From Escherichia phage vB_EcoP-CC1, in sequence record OX457022: 44,532 nucleotides of DNA; one strand, given 5' to 3'. Position 1 is the first letter of the stretch, and the number at the start of each line of letters is the position of its first letter. Position numbers and translations under genes: made by a program. The notes beneath the pieces were generated by a model that was not told where the DNA came from, did no database searches, and saw nothing but the letters and a program-made list of their open reading frames with translations. Below, one piece after another: positions 27,334 to 32,690 of this stretch.

Positions 27334-28857
27334 ATGGCTAAACTAACGAGAGTCACTGACTGGCTTGTTAAGGTAAAGTCCAGACTCACTGGTGCAGTAG
27401 AGCGACTGCTTGAAGATAAGTTAAATGACACGGTTAGTGTTAAGGACTTCGGTGCTAAGGGTGACGGTGTGACAGACGACACACAAGCATTTGCTGCCGC
27501 CTCAGCCGCATCGCCTCAAGGTGTTTATGTGCCTGACGGAACATATTTATTACCAGAAGATATTAATGGCAGGTTCTATGGTTCTGGTAAACGCATCAAG
27601 GCTGTAGGTGATGGTGGTATTCCTTTTACCAATGTAGCTCAGTCACATAGTAACCTAATATTAGGATATGATGCTGCAAAGGATTACACGGACGAAGGGA
27701 AAGGCAACCAATTAGTATTACTTGGCCCAAGCTCCGGTCGTAACCTTACCACTGGTACTAACTCCATTGTGGTAGGTGTTGGTGGCCTATCGGGTGATAC
27801 ATTAGAAGATGCACTAACAGATAAATCACCTTTCACTGGTACAGAGATTATTAGCATTGGTATCAATGCTCTTAAGAAAACTACCACTGGTAACAACATG
27901 ATTGGTATTGGTCGTGATGCCCTGAACGAGTGTAAGGATGGAAGATTCAACGTAGCTATAGGTATGTCTGCTTTGCAGCAGCTACACTCTGGTGAGGCTA
28001 ACGTAGCAATAGGGCGTTCAGCCGGTATGCGTACTGGCATCTTCACTAACGAAGATGGTGTACGATTAGGCTATACAAAATGTAGCGGTAATACCTTAAT
28101 AGGTAACGCGGCTGGTCGTGAATTGAAGTCAGGTAATCATAACACCGCCGTAGGCAATGGTGCTATGCGAGGTGTCAGTTCTGATATTAATCCATATACT
28201 GGCACTCTAGAGGGTAATTTTAATACAGCTATTGGTGTTGATACCTTAAACTCCTTAGCATCTGGTGAGTTGAACACCATGATTGGCGCAAGGGCTGGGC
28301 GTAAATTACCTAGTGGCTCTGGTAACATCTTCATCGGTGCGGATGCAGGTGCAGGTATTAACATTGAAAAGTCTAACACTCTCATTATTAACAACCACAC
28401 TGGCTTACCTTTCGTAGAAGGTATTATGGATGGTGCTCAGAGTGAGAATAACTACTTACGTGTTGATGGAAGTGTAGCACCTCAGATTGATAACACAAGA
28501 ACTTGTGGTCAGTCTAGCCGTAGATGGCAGACTGTCTTTTCTACCAATGGTGTTATCCAGACATCGGATGGACGATGCAAGGATGTCTACGATATTGCCA
28601 AGACGGAGTACATGGCTGGTCTAGAGTTATCTTCTAGTATGATTAAGTTCAAATGGACAGATACTAAAGAAGATAAGTATCACTTCGGTTGTCTGGCACA
28701 AGAGGTCATGCTGATTATGGAGAAACATGGGTTAAACCCTCTGGATTATTCCCTCGTTACCTATGATGCTGAAGCAGATATGTATGGTGTTAACTATGCA
28801 GAATTGTCTTGCTTCTGTATCGCAGCAATGTCCAATCATGTACTAGGCAGTGCGTAA
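27334..28857 (+). CDS. Tail fibre/tailspike 2 with a C-terminal S74-type chaperone
   Basis: AGGAG precedes the ATG at 27334. VKDFGAKGDGVTDDT is a pectate-lyase-3-type motif. About 9 repeats fit the N.(A/I/V)IG..A(L/G) pattern. The C-terminus reads RRWQTVFSTNGVIQTSDGRCKDV...YHFGCLAQEV. Confidence 0.8.
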   Translation: MAKLTRVTDWLVKVKSRLTGAVERLLEDKLNDTVSVKDFGAKGDGVTDDTQAFAAASAASPQGVYVPDGTYLLPEDINGRFYGSGKRIKAVGDGGIPFTNVAQSHSNLILGYDAAKDYTDEGKGNQLVLLGPSSGRNLTTGTNSIVVGVGGLSGDTLEDALTDKSPFTGTEIISIGINALKKTTTGNNMIGIGRDALNECKDGRFNVAIGMSALQQLHSGEANVAIGRSAGMRTGIFTNEDGVRLGYTKCSGNTLIGNAAGRELKSGNHNTAVGNGAMRGVSSDINPYTGTLEGNFNTAIGVDTLNSLASGELNTMIGARAGRKLPSGSGNIFIGADAGAGINIEKSNTLIINNHTGLPFVEGIMDGAQSENNYLRVDGSVAPQIDNTRTCGQSSRRWQTVFSTNGVIQTSDGRCKDVYDIAKTEYMAGLELSSSMIKFKWTDTKEDKYHFGCLAQEVMLIMEKHGLNPLDYSLVTYDAEADMYGVNYAELSCFCIAAMSNHVLGSA

Positions 28858-28870
28858 GCACTGCTTTTCT
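28846..28870 (+). terminator. Rho-independent-type terminator overlapping the fibre 2 stop
   Basis: GCAGTGC-GTAA-GCACTGC is followed by TTTTCT. Confidence 0.7.
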
Positions 28871-28937
28871 CGCAACTTCCCTTGAAGCAATCTAGCGATA
28901 CCTTCAAGGGAATAGCTCAAGAAAGCAAGGAGGTTTG

Positions 28938-29087
28938 ATGCCGTTGATCAAATCAGTTAAGCAAAGTGCTGTACACCAGAACACAGAAGAACTTATTCAA
29001 TCAGGACGTGACCCTAAGCAGGCCTATGCCATTGCCAAGGATGTACAGCGTCGTGCCATGAAGAAACCTTCTGCATCTTCTGCGTAA
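28938..29087 (+). CDS. Hypothetical 49-aa basic protein
   Basis: AAGGAGG precedes the ATG. The sequence is MPLIKSVKQSAVHQNTEELIQSGRDPKQAYAIAKDVQRRAMKKPSASSA. Confidence 0.5.
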   Translation: MPLIKSVKQSAVHQNTEELIQSGRDPKQAYAIAKDVQRRAMKKPSASSA

Positions 29088-29221
29088 TCAGGTTAATATC
29101 TTAGTGTACACAAGGGCAAACCTATGATAGCTCACAGCACACCTCTGAGTGCCGCTCTGGATTCTATGAATTGTTCCCTGACTATCTAGGTTTGCTCTTA
29201 GTATATTACAAAGGAGGTCAC

Positions 29222-29377
29222 ATGATTTGGATCCACACGTATGGTGTAGGGTCATTCAAGAAGAATGTACTCAGGAAGATCCATGAGTCCGAGGAATCAG
29301 CCTTAGCCAGCCAGAAGGTACTTGGTGGTACTATCCAGTGCTACATGAAGAAGCCACAAGGTTTTGACTTAGTGTAA
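29222..29377 (+). CDS. Hypothetical 51-aa protein (last gene before the genome end)
   Basis: AAAGGAGG precedes the ATG at 29222. The longer track ORF beginning at 29171 lacks an SD. Confidence 0.45.
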   Translation: MIWIHTYGVGSFKKNVLRKIHESEESALASQKVLGGTIQCYMKKPQGFDLV

Positions 29378-29435
29378 CCAAAGGTGGTCACAAAGTAACC
29401 AAAGTCAAAATTTTGATGTAGGCGTGTGTCAGCCC

Positions 29436-29724
29436 TCTCGCCCTCGCCCTCGCCGGGTTGTCCCCATAGGGTGGCCTGAGGGAATCCGTCTTCGACGGGC
29501 AGGGCTGATGTACTCCTTGTACTAGCTTAGTAGTACACAAGGGCTGGCCTTTTGTTTTGCCATGTACTAGCAAGGTGGAACGCTGGAGAGCGCCTAGGAC
29601 GGCCTAGGGATGGGCTTAGTGGTGGACAAGGTGATTGCCTTAGTGAAGCCTCTTAGTGCATTCCTGAGGCCATTCAGGGCGTTTATGAGATATTGACAGG
29701 GTGTGCGTGGGTGGGCTATCTGTT
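29436..29724 (+). other. Presumptive terminal-repeat / concatemer-junction region
   Basis: TCTCGCCCTCGCCCTCGCC begins at 29436, CCCCATAGGG lies at 29462-29471 and CTATCTGTT ends at 29724. These parallel T7 left-end features (TCTC..., CCCCCATAGGGGG, CCCTATCTGTT; recalled). The boundaries are not determinable from a collapsed assembly. Confidence 0.45.
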
Positions 29725-29794
29725 CGTTTCGTTCACTCCGCTTGCGCTACGTTCACTCGCTCACGTGTACCTTAGGTTGTTCCTTGATGGATAG

Positions 29795-29897
29795 CTTAGG
29801 TTAGCCTTAGTGGACTACCTTAGTTATAACCTTAGTGCTTATCTTAGTAATAGCTTAGTAATGTACCTTAGTAAGTCTTAGTGTCTTCTCTTAGTGA
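29795..29897 (+). repeat. Dense array of 9 CTTAG(T/G) short repeats spaced 10-13 bp
   Basis: Read directly. About 10 more copies are scattered across 29526-30216 and one lies at 30835. It is analogous to the T7 SRL/SRR arrays next to the terminal repeat. Confidence 0.8.
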
Positions 29898-30042
29898 TTG
29901 CACATGCAAGCATGTAAGATGCCATTAGGTCGCGGTCGGTAGACCGCTAAAGAAAGAGAATAGTAATAAGATGCAGTAGGAGGAACACCAGAAACCTAGC
30001 CAACCTAACCTATCCTAGCTCTGTATCTATTGCTTTTCCTTA

Positions 30043-30058
30043 GTCTAACATGTGAGAC
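30043..30058. repeat. Palindrome family copy, 1 mismatch (GTCTAACATGTGAGAC)
   Basis: Read directly. It is intergenic, 35 bp upstream of the -35 element of the first early promoter. Confidence 0.7.
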
Positions 30059-30092
30059 AACCTAGATTTATCTTAGTGATGATAGCTTAGTG

Positions 30093-30121
30093 TTGACAAG
30101 GCCATCTCAATGTAATACTAT
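30093..30121 (+). promoter_or_regulatory. Host sigma70 early promoter (TTGACA-17 bp-TACTAT)
   Basis: It has a consensus -35 element, 17-bp spacing and a good -10 element, upstream of the first early ORFs. Confidence 0.65.
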
Positions 30122-30192
30122 TCATCACGTAGGCAGCACTGAGGTGCTTAGTAGCCAGCTAGTAAGGCATACGAAGAGACTAGTGCCTGCAT

Positions 30193-30209
30193 TGCTCTTT
30201 AACAATTTG
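30193..30209 (+). promoter_or_regulatory. rrn-type boxA (TGCTCTTTAACAATTTG)
   Basis: It matches the E. coli rrn leader boxA TGCTCTTTAACAA. A hairpin at 30132-30190 precedes it. Confidence 0.65.
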
Positions 30210-30263
30210 CTTAGTGTAACCTATGTATGCCGTGGTTAATTACTTATTGAATGAGGGTTAACT

Positions 30264-30359
30264 ATGAATTACGAAGAAATGTATGAAGACTACTTCAATT
30301 CACTTGATGAAGGAGAAGAAGCATTGTCCTTTGCTGAGTTTATGGAGGCTTTATCATGA
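30264..30359 (+). CDS. Early 31-aa highly acidic peptide
   Basis: GAGGG precedes the ATG. The sequence is MNYEEMYEDYFNSLDEGEEALSFAEFMEALS. It is coupled to the next ORF by an ATGA overlap. Confidence 0.45.
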   Translation: MNYEEMYEDYFNSLDEGEEALSFAEFMEALS

Positions 30360-30532
30360 TTCTGAATAACCGTGAACTATCCATTCTCTTCACCTTGTTG
30401 TGCTATATGATTCGTAACAACGAATTACTTACAGACGATGAACTGGCACTATATCACCGTTTCCTTAACGAAGGTTGGGTCGATACAGTTAACCAGAAAC
30501 GTGACTTGATGAAGGAGTTAAGCAATGTTTAA
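30356..30532 (+). CDS. Early 58-aa hypothetical protein
   Basis: GGAGG precedes the ATG, and the ORF overlaps both of its neighbours. Confidence 0.5.
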   Translation: MILNNRELSILFTLLCYMIRNNELLTDDELALYHRFLNEGWVDTVNQKRDLMKELSNV

Positions 30533-30734
30533 ACATGAGATTTACACTGATTGCAGTAAATCGGCTAAAGCTATCTGCGATTTGTACAAGGCAGAATGCC
30601 AGACGTACAACCTCAACGATGGTACTGAGATGTTTTATCTTCAGTTTGAAAGCAAGTTATCTCACAAACGAGTGATTAACAGCCTGAATCAACACTCCTT
30701 GGAGTGGGAAGAAGTAAATAGCAATAAAGTTTAA
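30525..30734 (+). CDS. Early 69-aa hypothetical protein
   Basis: AAGGAG precedes the ATG, and the ORF is listed in the track. Confidence 0.55.
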   Translation: MFKHEIYTDCSKSAKAICDLYKAECQTYNLNDGTEMFYLQFESKLSHKRVINSLNQHSLEWEEVNSNKV

Positions 30735-30742
30735 ATTAACTA

Positions 30743-30771
30743 TTGACAGCCACGGCATACAAGGTTACATT
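30743..30771 (+). promoter_or_regulatory. Host sigma70 early promoter (TTGACA-17 bp-TACATT)
   Basis: It has a consensus -35 element and 17-bp spacing, upstream of ocr. Confidence 0.65.
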
Positions 30772-30803
30772 AAGCATCAAGACGGCGACGTCTTTAAACA
30801 TCC

Positions 30804-30820
30804 CGCTCTTTAACAATTTG
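30804..30820 (+). promoter_or_regulatory. boxA (CGCTCTTTAACAATTTG)
   Basis: It has the same 16-nt core as 30194-30209. T7 carries CGCTCTTTAACAATCTGG ahead of gene 0.3 (recalled). A GACG-GCGA-CGTC hairpin precedes it at 30781-30792. Confidence 0.65.
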
Positions 30821-30913
30821 GATGGTAGCTTCTTAGTCTGGATAGGTTAAACCTAGGGGATTCTCTTGAGTCTCCTATAATGTAACCTAACTAACTAAAT
30901 GAGGATTAATAAC

Positions 30914-31273
30914 ATGACTATGTCTAATATGACTTACTCTCAGGTTTACAACACCGCTCATGCTGCATTAGTTGAACGTATCTGGAATGATGCTATTGAT
31001 TGTATCGATAACGCACATGATGCAATCCATGAGGTAGCGGACAGTGCTGTACCAATCTATTATGCTGACATCTTCTCAGTGATGGCGAGTGAAGGTATTG
31101 ATCACTTCTTCGAAGACTCCGGCCTGATGCCAGATACTAAGGATGTAACGGTCGTACTACAAGCCCGTATTTATGAACAACTCACCATTGATTTATGGGA
31201 ACGTGTTCAAGATATGATTGTTGCGTACACCAATTACGCTGAGGATTCAGAAGAAGAAGAAGAGGAAGAATAA
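30914..31273 (+). CDS. ocr: Ocr (T7 gp0.3) homologue: DNA mimic, type I R-M/BREX inhibitor
   Basis: MTMSNMTY...[61 protein letters not shown] is near-identical to recalled T7 Ocr, and it has an acidic tail. Confidence 0.9.
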   Translation: MTMSNMTYSQVYNTAHAALVERIWNDAIDCIDNAHDAIHEVADSAVPIYYADIFSVMASEGIDHFFEDSGLMPDTKDVTVVLQARIYEQLTIDLWERVQDMIVAYTNYAEDSEEEEEEE

Positions 31274-31275
31274 GG

Positions 31276-31389
31276 ATGGAAAAGCAATATAACTTTATCT
31301 TTTCAGACGGTGTGACCCTGAAGTGTTCCCTGCGTTTCGCACAGATTCGCGAGGAAGTGCTAGGAACTACATACAAACTATTTAGCTGA
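31276..31389 (+). CDS. Early 37-aa hypothetical protein
   Basis: The ORF starts 2 nt after the ocr stop. The sequence is MEKQYNFIFSDGVTLKCSLRFAQIREEVLGTTYKLFS. Confidence 0.4.
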   Translation: MEKQYNFIFSDGVTLKCSLRFAQIREEVLGTTYKLFS

Positions 31390-31402
31390 CACTATAAGAG
31401 AG
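31380..31402 (+). promoter_or_regulatory. Phage RNAP promoter variant (ATTTAGCTGACACTATAAGAGAG)
   Basis: It has the SP6-like TGACACTATA core, but A rather than G at the predicted +1 (31397). Confidence 0.55.
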
Positions 31403-31462
31403 GGTTTAACAGGGCGCTCTTGCGAGAGTGCCCGATTAAATCAACTTAACGAGATATTAAAT

Positions 31463-31639
31463 ATGAAATACATACTGATTGCTATGTTTTCTGGCTTCAT
31501 TGGCTATGCTGGTGCTTCTTATGACAACTACAGAAGTAAGCAATTGGCTGCTGAAAAGTGGGATAAAACCTATTTTGCTTGTATGAAACAAGGTAATTTG
31601 ATGCAAGATTGCATACTTAAAGCGCACAGCGAAGAGTGA
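31463..31639 (+). CDS. 58-aa protein with an N-terminal hydrophobic segment
   Basis: The ORF is under 60 aa and has a weak SD. The sequence begins MKYILIAMFSGFIGYAGA.... Confidence 0.35.
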   Translation: MKYILIAMFSGFIGYAGASYDNYRSKQLAAEKWDKTYFACMKQGNLMQDCILKAHSEE

Positions 31640-31703
31640 TGAGCCTATAGCCTACTTAAGTGGGCTATGTGAACACCATTCATTAACTCAAAAGGTGACT
31701 ATT

Positions 31704-32627
31704 ATGACTACTGAAAACACCCTCCTGTCTGTTCGTGAAGCTGCAACCGCTGAGATCAAGCAACACTTAGACAATATCGGCACTTCTTACATCAAAGTTG
31801 GCGCTTGTCTTAATGAGTTACGCGGTGACTTTGAAGGTCAAAAAGACTTTTTGGCTTATGTAGAATCAGAATTTGGAATCAAGAAAGCACAATGTTACAA
31901 GCTGATGAGTGTAGCCCGTGTCTTTGAAGGCGATGATCGCTTTAAAGGCGTGGCGATGCGTGTAATGCTGGCACTTGTTCCTTTCGCTGATGAAAATATC
32001 ATCATGGAGAAAGCCGCAGAACTTGCCGCAGCGGGCAAGCTGGACACTAATGCCGTAAATGCCCTGATTGATCCTAAGAAAGAGACAAAGGCCGAGACGG
32101 TACAATCTAAGGCTGAGGCGGTAAAACCGCAGGAGAATGCGACTGAGGCCGCAGAAACTATGCAAGGACATGCGACCTTTGAGGATTTCATCTTAGAGAA
32201 GGCGAAAGAGGAATTACAAAGTGTGCCGCCAGTAAGTGAGTCGGGTAACGACGAATCCGCACCGTGGGAAGATGAAAGCAAGCCGGAAGCGCCAAAGGCC
32301 GCGCCACTGGATAACACGGCTAACACGGAGAACGCCGCTATGTCTGGCCTACTGGCACAAATTAAGGCACTGACTGAGCAATTACAGGCAGCTAACGACC
32401 GCATCGCCGCCCTAACCAGTGCACGGGAAGGTAAGAAAGCGGCTGCGCCTATGCTTCCGCAGTTTAAATCCTCTTGCTTCTACGCTCGCTTAGGCTTGAG
32501 CGCCGAGGAAGCAACGAAGAAAACAGCAGTGAATAAGGCACGCCGTGAACTGGTTAAACTAGGGTATGGTGAAGGTCATGAGGCATGGCCTTTGATCTCT
32601 GAGGCAGTAGAAGAATTAACTAAGTAA
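31704..32627 (+). CDS. Early protein with a DUF3102-like N-terminal domain
   Basis: AAGGTG precedes the ATG at 31704. IKQHLDNIGTSYIKVGACLNELRGDFEGQKDFLAYVESEFGIKKAQCYKLMSVARVF fits the remembered DUF3102 pattern. The middle is acidic and Ala-rich, and a coiled coil follows. Confidence 0.6.
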   Translation: MTTENTLLSVREAATAEIKQHLDNIGTSYIKVGACLNELRGDFEGQKDFLAYVESEFGIKKAQCYKLMSVARVFEGDDRFKGVAMRVMLALVPFADENIIMEKAAELAAAGKLDTNAVNALIDPKKETKAETVQSKAEAVKPQENATEAAETMQGHATFEDFILEKAKEELQSVPPVSESGNDESAPWEDESKPEAPKAAPLDNTANTENAAMSGLLAQIKALTEQLQAANDRIAALTSAREGKKAAAPMLPQFKSSCFYARLGLSAEEATKKTAVNKARRELVKLGYGEGHEAWPLISEAVEELTK

Positions 32628-32690
32628 CCTTATCGGTGGCATCTTCTTAGGTGTCACCTATTAAGGTTTCTTTCACTAGGAGTAAACAAG

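Noticed and set aside
29388-29573. The minus-strand 61-aa ORF in the terminal region.
   Set aside because: It lies within the presumptive terminal repeat, has no translation signals and is antisense to the universal transcription direction.
29693-29721. A third sigma70 promoter (TTGACA-17 bp-CTATCT).
   Set aside because: The -10 element is poor and overlaps the CTATCTGTT pause motif inside the presumptive terminal repeat. No boxA or ORF follows closely.
29795-29897. The CTTAGT array as a CRISPR or other spacer-repeat locus.
   Set aside because: The repeat unit is only 6-7 bp, with 4-7 bp between units. There is no leader or cas context. It matches the short-repeat arrays next to T7-type terminal repeats.
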